Below, piece after piece: positions 41,258 through 51,983 of a stretch of DNA of 64,000 nt. Source of the stretch: a virus. Under the pieces are notes generated by a model, which saw only the letters and a program-made list of their open reading frames with translations, did not search any database and had not been told where the DNA came from. Position 1 is the first letter of the stretch. Each line of letters opens with the position of its first letter. The stretch lies in the IMG/VR virus record IMGVR_UViG_3300020578_000037, positions 1 through 64,000 of that record; one strand, 5' to 3'. The position numbers were made by a program, and so were the translations under genes.

Positions 41258-43333
41258 TTAAGTTTGAAGTGTTCCAAACCTATTAGAAAAGTCTCTTCTA
41301 AATTCTAGGTTAGATGCTCCTTTTTCACTAAACACAATATTACTATTATTATTACTTACAACAACATTAGAAGAAGCAGATTTTTTGTCGCTAATATCTT
41401 GCAACTTTTCTACACTAGTAGACGCTAATGTTGTTTGTTTTTGCTGCAGTTCTATCGATTGACTAAATTTGCCTTTAATTTCTTTTAAAACAGCAGTCAA
41501 TTCTACTACGTTTTTATCAAGTGAAGTAGTAGATGAATACAGATCATTAAAGCTACTAATACTCTTCTCTGTAACATTGCTGGAAGTTTCTCTAATGCTT
41601 TGTGTTTTAACGTTAAACTCAGCCATAGGTTTAGAGAGAGCCTCTTTTAATTGTGTAATCTTTCGTAGTTTCGAAAGCTCCTCTTCGCTTAACGAAGATG
41701 CAAGTGTTGTAATACCTTCTTTAACCTTGGTCATCTCATCTTTAAATGCATCTCCGTATTTTTTCTCGGAAACACTAGCTAATAATGTGGTTAAACTATC
41801 TATTCCTTTAGTAGCTTTATCGATATTTTCAGCATTTTTAGCTAAACTAAGTATTACTTCTGTGGGGCCACCGCCGCCCACTTTACCAACTAAACCCCCT
41901 ACAGCAGACGCTACTCCTCCTCCTAGTGTCGCAGCACCAAACCCTGCAATAGCAAATCCTAGTGTGGTTATAGCTCCTGCAGTTGCAAGTATTCTAGTGG
42001 GCTCTAAATCTAAAAGCCATTTTAGCCCATCAGAAAACTTCTGAAAGATATCTTTTACTGTATCTAATACTTTAGTAGCCACCCTTTCAAAGAAACCAAT
42101 AAGTTTATCAAATATATTAAACACACCATTGACTGCATCTTTTAATGCGTTTGCTGCAATAACTAAAGCTTCACCTAGATAAGGGATTAACAGTTTTATA
42201 GCATCGAGTAAATTATTAATAACAGATTTAAGTGTTTCAAAAGCTGCTACTAAAATATCCTTTACATAAGGTGCAAGTTCTTTTATTTTTTTCAAAACTA
42301 ACGTTAGTATTCTTTCTAAGGGTGGTATTAATTCTAAAACAATATCTTTTATTGTTTTTATAACAGGTAGTAAAAAATCACTTATAATTTTTAAAATTTC
42401 AGGTAATTTATCTATAAGCTTTAAAACTACATCCCGTATCATTTCACCTATTTGTACCACAAAAGGTAGTATTGCTGGCAATCTATCTAAAATAGCTATT
42501 ACTATGTCTCTAACCCCGCCAAAAAACTTTTCTAAAACAAGAGGTATATTTGCTATTATATATTTAAAAAAATCTACTACCTTCTCGATTATTGGTAAAA
42601 CAATTTTTCCTATAGAATCGATTATCGGTGGTAAACCTGACAATACATTTTTTACTAAGTTATTAATAAAATCAAAAACAATCTTTAATGTAGGTATAAT
42701 TTTTACAAAAAATTTACCTATACTCTCAAAAGCCACTGGCAGTGTCTTTACTAGAAAATCGCCTATAACAGGAATTATTTTAGCTAAAAAATTGCCTATC
42801 TTATCTATGTTTTTTATCAGCATGTAAATTATAGCAACCCCACCTATTGCAGCAATTGCAGCTATTAAAACACCGAATGGGCCACCACCACCCATTAATC
42901 CGCCGAGCATCCCGAGTATACCACCACCGCCTCCCGATTGCGGCTCTTTCTTTTTTTGCTTTAAAATGTCTGCTTGTTGCTCGGAAAACACTCTTTTTAA
43001 ACTATTAATAGCATTATTAGAAACTCTATCTAAACTTACTTTTATTAAATTTTTCTTTAAAAGATCTTTTGTTTTAGATTCACCGGACTTTAAATTTTGC
43101 TCAAACTCATCAAGCATTTTATTAAATGCTTTAGCATAAATAGTACCCTTTTCTTCTTCTATCTTTTTTTCACCGGGGGAAAGGCGTGATTCTTTTTTAC
43201 CAGTTAAAGCACTGTATTCGGGTTTTTTAGGATCTTTTTTGGGATCAACTTCACTGTTTTTAACTAGTTGTTCAATTGATACCCCTATTTGATTTAGTTT
43301 ATCTATAAACTGCTGGAACTGTATTTGATCCAT
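41258..43333 (-). CDS. Tape measure protein
   Basis: 691 aa; amphipathic helical repeats, Gly-rich hydrophobic segments, C-terminal VVVSNNNSN. Confidence 0.75.
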   Translation of the reverse strand: MDQIQFQQFIDKLNQIGVSIEQLVKNSEVDPKKDPKKPEYSALTGKKESRLSPGEKKIEEEKGTIYAKAFNKMLDEFEQNLKSGESKTKDLLKKNLIKVSLDRVSNNAINSLKRVFSEQQADILKQKKKEPQSGGGGGILGMLGGLMGGGGPFGVLIAAIAAIGGVAIIYMLIKNIDKIGNFLAKIIPVIGDFLVKTLPVAFESIGKFFVKIIPTLKIVFDFINNLVKNVLSGLPPIIDSIGKIVLPIIEKVVDFFKYIIANIPLVLEKFFGGVRDIVIAILDRLPAILPFVVQIGEMIRDVVLKLIDKLPEILKIISDFLLPVIKTIKDIVLELIPPLERILTLVLKKIKELAPYVKDILVAAFETLKSVINNLLDAIKLLIPYLGEALVIAANALKDAVNGVFNIFDKLIGFFERVATKVLDTVKDIFQKFSDGLKWLLDLEPTRILATAGAITTLGFAIAGFGAATLGGGVASAVGGLVGKVGGGGPTEVILSLAKNAENIDKATKGIDSLTTLLASVSEKKYGDAFKDEMTKVKEGITTLASSLSEEELSKLRKITQLKEALSKPMAEFNVKTQSIRETSSNVTEKSISSFNDLYSSTTSLDKNVVELTAVLKEIKGKFSQSIELQQKQTTLASTSVEKLQDISDKKSASSNVVVSNNNSNIVFSEKGASNLEFRRDFSNRFGTLQT

Positions 43334-43369
43334 AAGATTTAAATACTTATGGAATTTTTAGATTTCTAA

Positions 43370-44149
43370 CTACTCTCTAGTAAAAAAACCTGAATCTATA
43401 GTCAGGTTAACTTCTTTATTGTTAACAACTACCTTTAATGGTAAATTTTCGATCTCCCTAATTTTTGTTATTTTTTCTACTATCTTATCTGTAATAACCA
43501 TTGGTAGTGCTTCTAACGTCTCAACTCTTTGCTTTACAGTGAGTTCTTTAAACTTTACTTCTTCAGAAGAAGTGCCTTCAGTAAGCTTAACACTGTCAAT
43601 AAACTTAATTAACTCATAAATGTAAATTTCGCCTACTAAATCTTTTACTTTATCTTCATCTTTAGATTTTTTAGCTTCTAGACTAGATAAACATTCAAGA
43701 TTAATTTTATAGTCTTCCTCTAAAGTAGGTATTTTAAGTACAATTTCTAGGTTGCCTACATTTACTACCCCTGTAAAAGCAGTTAAATCAATTTTATCCT
43801 TTAAATTCAAATTTGCAGAAAAATCAACGACAACCTTTTCATTGTTATCTACTACTGTGGTAATAGGTCCTAAGGAGTTGGCTCTTAAAGCTAGTAAAAC
43901 TAGTGGTTTATCTAAAATTGTAAGAGCTGCTTTGGACTCAAGGTTGCTATTAATAATATTAGTTGTAGCGTTAGAGAAGGTAATAGGTGATAAAGCTAAA
44001 TCTAATGCAGTTTTAATAATGTCTTTTTGCTGCTTAATTGAAAGGGGTAATAATGTTATATCTGTACCTAGAGATCTGCTAAATGTAGTGACTTTATTTT
44101 GCTGAGATAGCTGTTTTACCTTAGATAAGAAATTAGATGCACTGCTCAC
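43370..44149 (-). CDS. Baseplate hub assembly protein (gp26-like)
   Basis: PLSIKQQKDII..LTILDK..LLALRANSLG..LKIPTL..IDSGFF. Confidence 0.6.
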   Translation of the reverse strand: MSSASNFLSKVKQLSQQNKVTTFSRSLGTDITLLPLSIKQQKDIIKTALDLALSPITFSNATTNIINSNLESKAALTILDKPLVLLALRANSLGPITTVVDNNEKVVVDFSANLNLKDKIDLTAFTGVVNVGNLEIVLKIPTLEEDYKINLECLSSLEAKKSKDEDKVKDLVGEIYIYELIKFIDSVKLTEGTSSEEVKFKELTVKQRVETLEALPMVITDKIVEKITKIREIENLPLKVVVNNKEVNLTIDSGFFTRE

Positions 44150-44157
44150 TAAATTAA

Positions 44158-45018
44158 TTATACTCCGTTAAAGGGTTTGCCAGGTAATCCAGGTCCTGGT
44201 GATTTTTTAGACGCTTCTTCTTGTTTTTTTAGCTCACTTTCATACAGCTTAAGCAAAATAATATTTTCTACAAACGTTTGATTATCAGTATATTCAGGGG
44301 TAAACCCTAGCTTACTGACAAGCAGATATTGCATTTCGTATAACCCGTTTAAATTTGTTTTAAAAATTATTTTTAAAAATTCGATTAAAGAACTATCGAA
44401 CGGATTTAATTTAATAGGCTCTTCAATTGTGGGTAATGTAAGTTTTAATGCTTCAAATTCTTCATTTAATAAATCAAAAAACTGTTTTAAATCATTCATA
44501 ATAGTTGCAGGTAAGCTATCTACTATTTGCTTTTTTTGATCTAATGAAATATTGGTAAAATCAATAAAGTCGTTATCTACAGATACATTTTTAATGAGAA
44601 AATTAGATAAATTTAAAAATGTATCAAATAAAAACGTTTTTGGTATCTCGAGTGTTATTTTAAATGGGCCTGAAATAATCTCTTTATTGAAAGTAGCCTT
44701 AAAATTACAGCATGTGTTTAAAAACTTCATTAAGCTAGTTTGTATTGTAGTTTTTTTGTCTATTAATTCTATCTCTGACGAAACACTGACACATCTTAAC
44801 ATAAACAAGCAGCAAAATTTATCAAAATTTGATAGAACTTTAAAATCGTGCTTAGAATGAAGGTTTTCTTTTAAAATTTTATTAAAATAATCTTCAATAA
44901 GATTGTTGTTGTTGTTAAGAATATATTTATTAAGTTCCCTATACTGCTTAAAGCTTAGCTCTTTAAGCTGTAATGTATTTTTACTAACTGGCGATTCAAA
45001 ATTTAAATAGAACGACAT
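44158..45018 (-). CDS. gp26-like hub protein with gp51-like C-terminus
   Basis: LSNFDK..LFMLRCVSVS; C-terminal LYEMQYLLVSKLGF..VENIILLKL..LKKQEE. Confidence 0.5.
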   Translation of the reverse strand: MSFYLNFESPVSKNTLQLKELSFKQYRELNKYILNNNNNLIEDYFNKILKENLHSKHDFKVLSNFDKFCCLFMLRCVSVSSEIELIDKKTTIQTSLMKFLNTCCNFKATFNKEIISGPFKITLEIPKTFLFDTFLNLSNFLIKNVSVDNDFIDFTNISLDQKKQIVDSLPATIMNDLKQFFDLLNEEFEALKLTLPTIEEPIKLNPFDSSLIEFLKIIFKTNLNGLYEMQYLLVSKLGFTPEYTDNQTFVENIILLKLYESELKKQEEASKKSPGPGLPGKPFNGV

Positions 45019-45022
45019 TATA

Positions 45023-45766
45023 TTATTTTAATTTAAGATAACATAACCAAGTATAATCTTTTCTTTCATCAAAAAACAGGGGGTACTTGTTTATATCTTT
45101 TTCAGACAAAAGTGGCTCAGGTGTATTATATTTTTCATCCCAAGGTGTATTCCATCTAGTAAAATTATCTGTAAATATAGGGTATGCTTCTTGATAAAAT
45201 TCTAAATTTGAAGTAAGATAAGCTATATCATTTAAATTCTTACTGTGATATGTAACTTCCCCGTTAACATCAATAACATAATCTTGATTTGACAGTATTT
45301 TCTTAGGGCTATAACAATCACCTTGAAAAGATGGATAGTTATCTTCAACAATAATATTTTTAAAGCCAATTTCTTTACATTTTTTTATCCGTTCAAAAGA
45401 ATTTTGATGATCATCAAAAAATACTAAAACATTTTTATCTTTTACTTCTGTCCAATCAGTAACTAAAAAGTCTTGTGTTTGATATTTTGCTTTTTTACTT
45501 GTATATTCTCTGAGCTGAGGCACAGGGTCAATTGCATAAATCTCGCTCTCTGGGCTAGCGTTTTCAAACAACCAAGTACTTTGCCCTTTCCATACCCCGC
45601 TTTCTATTATAATCTCCGGTTTTAGCTTTTTTGTAATTACCCAGGTTGCAAACATGTGTGGCGATTTCATACCGCCTTGATTATTTTTGATAGGCTTATT
45701 TAAATAGAGAGAGTAAAATTCGTCTAAACAAGAAAGCGCTTCTTCACGCGAGTAAAATTGATTCAC
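45023..45766 (-). CDS. Class I SAM-dependent methyltransferase-like protein
   Basis: KPEIIIESGVWKGQST, IYAIDP, LVFFDDH, IIVEDNY (Methyltransf_24-like pattern). Confidence 0.6.
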   Translation of the reverse strand: MNQFYSREEALSCLDEFYSLYLNKPIKNNQGGMKSPHMFATWVITKKLKPEIIIESGVWKGQSTWLFENASPESEIYAIDPVPQLREYTSKKAKYQTQDFLVTDWTEVKDKNVLVFFDDHQNSFERIKKCKEIGFKNIIVEDNYPSFQGDCYSPKKILSNQDYVIDVNGEVTYHSKNLNDIAYLTSNLEFYQEAYPIFTDNFTRWNTPWDEKYNTPEPLLSEKDINKYPLFFDERKDYTWLCYLKLK

Positions 45767-45786
45767 AAAAAATATTTAAACAGTAA

Positions 45787-46701
45787 TTATAAGAATCCAA
45801 GTGGGTTAATGCTACCGATGCCATTCTGAAAGCTTGTAACTCTTGGTATAGATCCGTTTGAAATTCTATTAACAATATCAGCAATAGGTAGATAGAGATT
45901 GTTTTCAACAGTATAATTTGAATAAGCCCATCTAGTACTATATGTTGTCAGCTTTGCATCTTCGTAGTCATATGATTGTTCCGCTATTTGATATGGCATA
46001 CAATTATAAAAAGTAAATACCTTGTAAGGTATCATTGAAATGCTATGGTAAGTTTTAGTGTAATTTAAAAGTGTCATATTAACTTTCATATTCTTAGGAT
46101 CTTTTTTATTACCAGTGTCCCCAGGTCTAGCCGCCATACCGTAGTGTGATCCGAGTATTACCCAGGGTCTTAGAACAAAATCAATAAAAGATGTATTCGT
46201 TTCACGAAACTCTATTTGTAGTCCTTGCGTAGAAGTAGAGATATCTCTCTTACTACCTAAAACACCGGGTAAAAAGCCTCTGTTGTTGTTGACCGAGGCA
46301 ACATCAACTTCATACTGTTCAGTGGGTATAGTAATTGCATGTGCAAATAAACATCCAACTATTTTTTGAAAGGGAAAACTTTTTAAAATATTTACTGCAG
46401 CTGAGATATTATATCCTTTTTTACTTCCGTCTGTTCGTTCAAGCCCTTGAATTACACTCGATCTTATAGCGGGTGGATATCTATCGATTACTATCAACCA
46501 CTGGGATGAATTAGGTATGGAGGTGAACCACGACTCCATTTGCACAAGGAAATAATCCCTTGCACTAATAATCGGTACACCAGGAATATTAAATCCAAAT
46601 AAATTTACTGCTTGAGGAGCTATTAAAGAATTTGTACCTGCACCAATTCCAGTAAAATTATCGCCTATAGAATTAAGTGCACTAGTAAACGGGTTGTTCA
46701 C
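45787..46701 (-). CDS. Tail tube-like protein (gp19/gp54 family)
   Basis: LQIEFRETN..VLRPW..FTFYNCMPYQI..WAYSNY; follows tail tube. Confidence 0.6.
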   Translation of the reverse strand: MNNPFTSALNSIGDNFTGIGAGTNSLIAPQAVNLFGFNIPGVPIISARDYFLVQMESWFTSIPNSSQWLIVIDRYPPAIRSSVIQGLERTDGSKKGYNISAAVNILKSFPFQKIVGCLFAHAITIPTEQYEVDVASVNNNRGFLPGVLGSKRDISTSTQGLQIEFRETNTSFIDFVLRPWVILGSHYGMAARPGDTGNKKDPKNMKVNMTLLNYTKTYHSISMIPYKVFTFYNCMPYQIAEQSYDYEDAKLTTYSTRWAYSNYTVENNLYLPIADIVNRISNGSIPRVTSFQNGIGSINPLGFL

Positions 46702-46726
46702 CTAATTATTTAATCGGTAACTAATA

Positions 46727-47275
46727 TTAGGACAATTTTCTCCAGTAATGATACGAAACGGTGACAGTAAATTCAACAACACTTCCAGTGCCTTCAGCTA
46801 TTGTGTAGCTTAAGGGCCCTACATTTCTTACTGAAACACCTACTAACTGATATTGTGCTACTTTGTTTAGCTCATTATCTAATTGAACTAAATCTATGAT
46901 AGCTGTTTGCTTAGGTGAAAAATAGTTACCGGTAGAATTTGAATCGTCAAAAATATCTGTTGACCATTGTTCAAACTTTTGACGAATTTGCGAATTTGCG
47001 TCAGCATAGAATGTCATCTCATAGCTATCGCTTCCAGGGTAATCAACATTACCAGGAATATTGAATTTTAACCCCATGTACGGTACTTGAACATTAGTTA
47101 TATTTCTTCCAGGTAGGCTAGCTGTTTTACAATATACTAAATCGTTTTCATCAAACGTTACAGTGCTTGCTCCGCCAGTATTAATAGATAATACTCTAAA
47201 GTTAAAATCGCGGGCGAATTCACGCGTTGTTGCTACCCTGTAAAAGTCTGTTATTAATTGATTTACGTCTGCCAT
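46727..47275 (-). CDS. gp19: Tail tube protein (T4 gp19-like)
   Basis: CKTASLPGR..VPYMG..IPG..IRQKFEQW..VEFTVTVSYHYW. Confidence 0.88.
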   Translation of the reverse strand: MADVNQLITDFYRVATTREFARDFNFRVLSINTGGASTVTFDENDLVYCKTASLPGRNITNVQVPYMGLKFNIPGNVDYPGSDSYEMTFYADANSQIRQKFEQWSTDIFDDSNSTGNYFSPKQTAIIDLVQLDNELNKVAQYQLVGVSVRNVGPLSYTIAEGTGSVVEFTVTVSYHYWRKLS

Positions 47276-47290
47276 AAAATTATTTATCTA

Positions 47291-49582
47291 TTACGATACA
47301 ATCTCCTGGAAGTTTGTACCTGTTCTAGTTGCATAGAAGTTGCAAAGTATGAATTCCGCGGCTCTTACAGGCTTTACATAGATATCAATGACAATGGTAT
47401 TGTCATCAATAATAGCTGATGTGTTGTTTCTTTCATCGCAGATAATTAGATAATCGTAAATGCCTTGTGTATTTTTAGCATTATCAAATATTGGTGTAAT
47501 ACTATTGATAATCTGCGTCCTTGTAAAGAGTGTATTGGGTTCAAATACGAAATACTTTAATGTATCTCTTGTAGCTGTCTCAAGATTTAAGAAAAGACGG
47601 CGAACATTGATTCTATCAAATGCGCTTGGTTTTTTCTGTAACGTCTTTTGACCGAAGATAACAAATCCTTCTGCAGGGAAAAACGCTACAGGGTTTAAGT
47701 TGATCTTATAGAGTTGATCGCGCTGTTTTTGTTTTGGATAAATGCCTATATCTGTTACTCCTGTAAGAACACCTCTTGTAAAGCCTGCAGGGGCATACCA
47801 GGGTTGGAAGTTGTTGTCTGTATTAGCCATTGCAGTTGCTGCAAAGCCTGAGAATGGAACCCAGACTTGCTGATTCGATGCAACGTCAGCTACTTTAGCA
47901 ACATTTGCAAATGCGCAAGCGTAGCTTGAATTAATACCCATAAACTGATTCTTTAATGGCCAGTAAATGTCATTTGAGAACGTCTTGCTAGCAAGATCTA
48001 GTGTTTTAATGTTTGATCCTTGAACAAATATATTTGTAATAGCATCAGCAATGAAAAGATGATCTTTTCTATTAAGAGCTAGATTCAAGAATACATTAGC
48101 AACAGCATTATATTTGCTAACCGCATCAGGAACGACTGATGGGTTTTGTACAGCAAGAGATTCAACCATGCTATCATAAGGAACTGTATCATCAAAATAA
48201 CCATTGGTTAAAGGGTTGAATGAATTGACATATACAGTACCCAATCCTGCTTCTAAAGTTACATTAATTGGATATAGATCAACGTTATTAAGCTTATCTG
48301 TAGCTAATTGAAGTTTGGCGGGTATATTACCGATTACTTTAGTTGTAAGATCGGTGCTTGTATAATCACCCAAGGCAAATAAAGCGCTTGTAGTACCTAG
48401 ATCGTCAAGCATTGTTCTGACTGCTCCTGAAGGGGCACCAACACGCGTTTCATACTGTGATGATGTTTCACCTGCTAAAGGTAAATACATTGGCTCGCTT
48501 AATAAACGAGCTTTCTTTGTAGGTACACCACTTAAATCAAGCCATGTTGTCCCATTTTTATTAGAGATAGCAGGGTGTACAACAACAGTAACATTTGTTG
48601 ATGTTGCGTTTGCTTGTTCAATTGAAAAGCTTACGGGCGGACCACCGTTGGTGCTATTAATTTGTCTGTTAGCATCAAGAGAGCCTGTATAGCCTTCTTG
48701 TAGTACAAAATCTAGCGCAATTGTATCTGGTGAAAACACCGATTGACGTAATTTAAATACCCCTAAAGTAACTGTATCGTCGAACTGATTTGATGAAATA
48801 TCAAATGTAGGTATATTTTCAACAACTTCTGATACGCTTCCCTGTAAACCTGTTGATGTTGCGCTTAGCGCAAAATTTAATCTTACGTCAGGTATATTAA
48901 CATAATCAGAGCCGTAGATCGAAGCTTGTGTTGAATTAATGGATAGTACTTGATTAAAATCGTTAAAAGATGTTGCGGGGTTGAGGTTTAAGTTATCTAT
49001 TGCACCGATGTAAGTACCCTCAAATTTTGTATTGATGGAAGATTGTGATTTATTAAGAACAATCATACCAGCAGCGCTTAGTGATGAGACATTATTAAAT
49101 GTCTTTCTGCCGTCAGTATCGTTAGCCCATGAAAAACCATCACCACGTAAAATTGAAAGATATTCAGACTGAGTCAATTTTAAGTGTGTAGGGCTTCCAA
49201 AAAAGTAAGAGCTGTTAGCTAGATTTAATTCTGTTGTAACTGTACCGCTTACATAAGCTTGTACCGGGTAAACTAATGCGCTATAATCATCAGATGTATC
49301 AATTCCGGTCCCTGCGCCATAAGGTAGTCTGTAAACTAGTAGGTTAGCAGCGGTTCCGAGAACTGCTTTAACTGAATGATAAAAATAACGTTCAGCAGCA
49401 TTTGAAGGTATACCGAAAATTTGCTCGAACTCAGATAATGAAGTAATGCTAATTACTTCGGAAGTAGGTCCTTTTGATGCGAATCCTGTAACTAATATTG
49501 TAGTTGAAGGTGTTCCAACGCTTCTTAATGAAAGATCTATTTCTTGAATTACAACTCCAGGGCTTTGAATTGTGCGTGCCAT
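47291..49582 (-). CDS. gp18: Contractile tail sheath protein (T4 gp18-like)
   Basis: SPGVVIQEIDLS, GFASKGP, PWYAPAGFTRG, RDQLY..NPV, GQKTL..SAFDRINVRRLF, FEPN. Confidence 0.96.
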   Translation of the reverse strand: MARTIQSPGVVIQEIDLSLRSVGTPSTTILVTGFASKGPTSEVISITSLSEFEQIFGIPSNAAERYFYHSVKAVLGTAANLLVYRLPYGAGTGIDTSDDYSALVYPVQAYVSGTVTTELNLANSSYFFGSPTHLKLTQSEYLSILRGDGFSWANDTDGRKTFNNVSSLSAAGMIVLNKSQSSINTKFEGTYIGAIDNLNLNPATSFNDFNQVLSINSTQASIYGSDYVNIPDVRLNFALSATSTGLQGSVSEVVENIPTFDISSNQFDDTVTLGVFKLRQSVFSPDTIALDFVLQEGYTGSLDANRQINSTNGGPPVSFSIEQANATSTNVTVVVHPAISNKNGTTWLDLSGVPTKKARLLSEPMYLPLAGETSSQYETRVGAPSGAVRTMLDDLGTTSALFALGDYTSTDLTTKVIGNIPAKLQLATDKLNNVDLYPINVTLEAGLGTVYVNSFNPLTNGYFDDTVPYDSMVESLAVQNPSVVPDAVSKYNAVANVFLNLALNRKDHLFIADAITNIFVQGSNIKTLDLASKTFSNDIYWPLKNQFMGINSSYACAFANVAKVADVASNQQVWVPFSGFAATAMANTDNNFQPWYAPAGFTRGVLTGVTDIGIYPKQKQRDQLYKINLNPVAFFPAEGFVIFGQKTLQKKPSAFDRINVRRLFLNLETATRDTLKYFVFEPNTLFTRTQIINSITPIFDNAKNTQGIYDYLIICDERNNTSAIIDDNTIVIDIYVKPVRAAEFILCNFYATRTGTNFQEIVS

Positions 49583-49623
49583 ATAAAGTATTTATGTTTT
49601 TTAGGATAAAACTTTTTATTTTT

Positions 49624-50247
49624 TTACAAACTATCTGTCTGATTTACCATTAAAACTTCTAATTGAGAGTAATTAAAAGAAAAGTTTGTTTCGATTTCGC
49701 CATGATCTCTATTATTAAAGTCAATGCCACCTAATGCTGTTGGAAAAGCGTTAATGTATTTAAATTCAAGTGTTCTTTTGTCGTATTCGTCTAGAGCAAA
49801 TATTGAAAAGTTAGCTCTATATTGAAGATAGTCAGCTCCTGCTAAATTAGCTTTATTTGCAGGTGTACTCTTGATAAGATTGTCCTGATCAAATGCACCT
49901 GTCCTTACATTGTTTAGAATGTCTAGCCATTTGTATATAATCCAGTAATTATTAAATCTATTATCTACAGTAAAATTTACGGTTACAGTTGGATAAGGCT
50001 CGCGTGAATAACTTGAACTTACTAAAGTCTGACCTGCATAACGAACATTAACAGGTAATACTTCTATAGTAGGTACAATAATGCCATAAACAGAAAATTG
50101 AAGAGCATCAGGTATTACCTTTTCATTATTACGCTCAAACTTAGTAGATATATCCTTTAAGCATTTTGGTAGATTAAGAATAAATAAAAATTTATCTTTT
50201 CTAGATTTATTAAATGGGCTTTGAGTATAATTTTCTAAATTAGCCAT
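49624..50247 (-). CDS. Tail completion / tube terminator (T4 gp3-like)
   Basis: VTVNFTVDNRFNNY..IYKWL..AFPTALGGIDF..FSFNYS. Confidence 0.65.
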   Translation of the reverse strand: MANLENYTQSPFNKSRKDKFLFILNLPKCLKDISTKFERNNEKVIPDALQFSVYGIIVPTIEVLPVNVRYAGQTLVSSSYSREPYPTVTVNFTVDNRFNNYWIIYKWLDILNNVRTGAFDQDNLIKSTPANKANLAGADYLQYRANFSIFALDEYDKRTLEFKYINAFPTALGGIDFNNRDHGEIETNFSFNYSQLEVLMVNQTDSL

Positions 50248-50250
50248 ATA

Positions 50251-51963
50251 TTAATTTAATCTTCTCCATCCTTGTGATTCTAATTCTATAATATCATCAG
50301 ATGTAGAGTTTGAAAGATTTTGAGGTATTATAATTGGCATGGGTCTTATACCTTCTTCAGTTAGTTTTTCATTGCTGTAAATAGAGGTGGGGTTAAGAAA
50401 ATATTTTATACCATAATCAAGTGATTTTATTTTTAATGGTTTTTTATTTTGATCAAATTGCTCAATTTCAAAATGTTTTTCAACGAGTTCATTTTCTAAT
50501 ATCATTAATGCCCATATTAAGCTCATCACTCTATCATCCCAGCTGTCAGCACCGGGTTTTGCAGCCCATGTACCGTTAGGATATCTTACAAAGTTTTTTA
50601 ATTCATTTAATGTTTTTAAATCTCTGATTTTTACTGATTTGACTTCGTTTATCCAATAGCGCATATTAATAACGCCTTTGTATTTTGAATTAGTATGTGC
50701 TAATACACCTAGTTTGTTGAATACTGTACCGCCGATTTTAGGTCCGTAGGAAACAATATTTTCATATGAATGTATATTTCTTAATGAATCGACGACTTGT
50801 GCCCCGCAATTATTTCTCTCAATAAGAGCAAGAGGAGATCCCCAATGTTGTAATATTTCATGCAACTTAGCGGTAAAATTATAAGGGCTTATCATTCTAT
50901 TATGGTATGTTGCAACTTGCTTTATTTCACGAAGATTTGTCATATCTAAAATCTGAATCACGCTTGCTGCTTGGCTAACCCCCTCACTTATGTCTACCCC
51001 TGCAACATAAATTTTTTCTTTATCGGGCTCTTCCCAAAGCAAGTAATGACCTTCATCAAAAACAAATTTTGGTTCAGTGCAATCGGATTTCATTTCTTCA
51101 AATAATTTTTCATCTAACGCGCTCTCGCCTGTCTGTAAAAAGACGTTACCGAATTCTTGATCAAATGCATCTTTACTGCCTAGTGTTCTAATTGTATCTT
51201 CTTTCCACTTCTCATCACGCCCGGGAAATTCCCACCAATCTACTTTTTCAGCATGCCAGTTATTCTTTTTTTCAACCGCACCAGAATAAAGTTCATGAAA
51301 TAAATTACCTGTTCCATTGGGAGTACTTGCAATAAAGATTTTTGATTTTTTAGAAGAAGAAATGATAGGGTATACAGAGTTCCAAAAGTCCATGACTAAA
51401 TGATTATCAATAAATGCAAGCTCGTCCAAAATAAGAACATTACAGCTATCACCTCTACCTGCATCACTGCTTGTCGTCGAAATACCTATGCTAGATCCGT
51501 TTCCTAGTGACATCGATGTTTTACCGTATTCTACTGTTCCCGGTTTAAGGTAATTAGGTAGTTTTTCATAAGCTAATCTAACTCTCTTAAAAATATTAAT
51601 AGCGGTTTGCTCTTTGTTGGCTACTATAAGAATACGTTGATCTTCAAAAAAACAAGATATCCATAATGCATAAATGGTCATTAATGTGGTTTTGCCTATC
51701 TGTCTTGATGCTAAAAGAACGACAAACCTTTCATCTCTAAGACTTCTCAAAATCTTTTTTTGATAATTATGAAGTTTTATCTTCATTTTACCTTGATCTA
51801 AATTAGTAATAAAGAAGAATGTTTCTGCAAAATAAATTATATTTTTTCTGCATTTAGCTATATCTTCAACCCATTCCGGATGATCTTCGTAATTAAAAAC
51901 TGCCTCGGTTGTAGGTAGATTTTGATTACCCAAATAAAATTGCTTTTCATGTTTTTTAGGCAT
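50251..51963 (-). CDS. gp17: Terminase large subunit (T4 gp17-like)
   Basis: SRQIGKTT, LILDELAF, STPNG, FDQEF, GVDISEG, IERNN, DDRVMS. Confidence 0.96.
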   Translation of the reverse strand: MPKKHEKQFYLGNQNLPTTEAVFNYEDHPEWVEDIAKCRKNIIYFAETFFFITNLDQGKMKIKLHNYQKKILRSLRDERFVVLLASRQIGKTTLMTIYALWISCFFEDQRILIVANKEQTAINIFKRVRLAYEKLPNYLKPGTVEYGKTSMSLGNGSSIGISTTSSDAGRGDSCNVLILDELAFIDNHLVMDFWNSVYPIISSSKKSKIFIASTPNGTGNLFHELYSGAVEKKNNWHAEKVDWWEFPGRDEKWKEDTIRTLGSKDAFDQEFGNVFLQTGESALDEKLFEEMKSDCTEPKFVFDEGHYLLWEEPDKEKIYVAGVDISEGVSQAASVIQILDMTNLREIKQVATYHNRMISPYNFTAKLHEILQHWGSPLALIERNNCGAQVVDSLRNIHSYENIVSYGPKIGGTVFNKLGVLAHTNSKYKGVINMRYWINEVKSVKIRDLKTLNELKNFVRYPNGTWAAKPGADSWDDRVMSLIWALMILENELVEKHFEIEQFDQNKKPLKIKSLDYGIKYFLNPTSIYSNEKLTEEGIRPMPIIIPQNLSNSTSDDIIELESQGWRRLN

Positions 51964-51983
51964 AAATCTAATAAATACTTAAT

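Noticed and set aside
41469-44860. Long plus-strand ORFs opposite tape measure and hub genes (41469-42044, 42504-42827, 43752-44105, 44552-44860)
   Set aside because: Fully antisense to well-supported genes, with no promoter motif or recognisable domain
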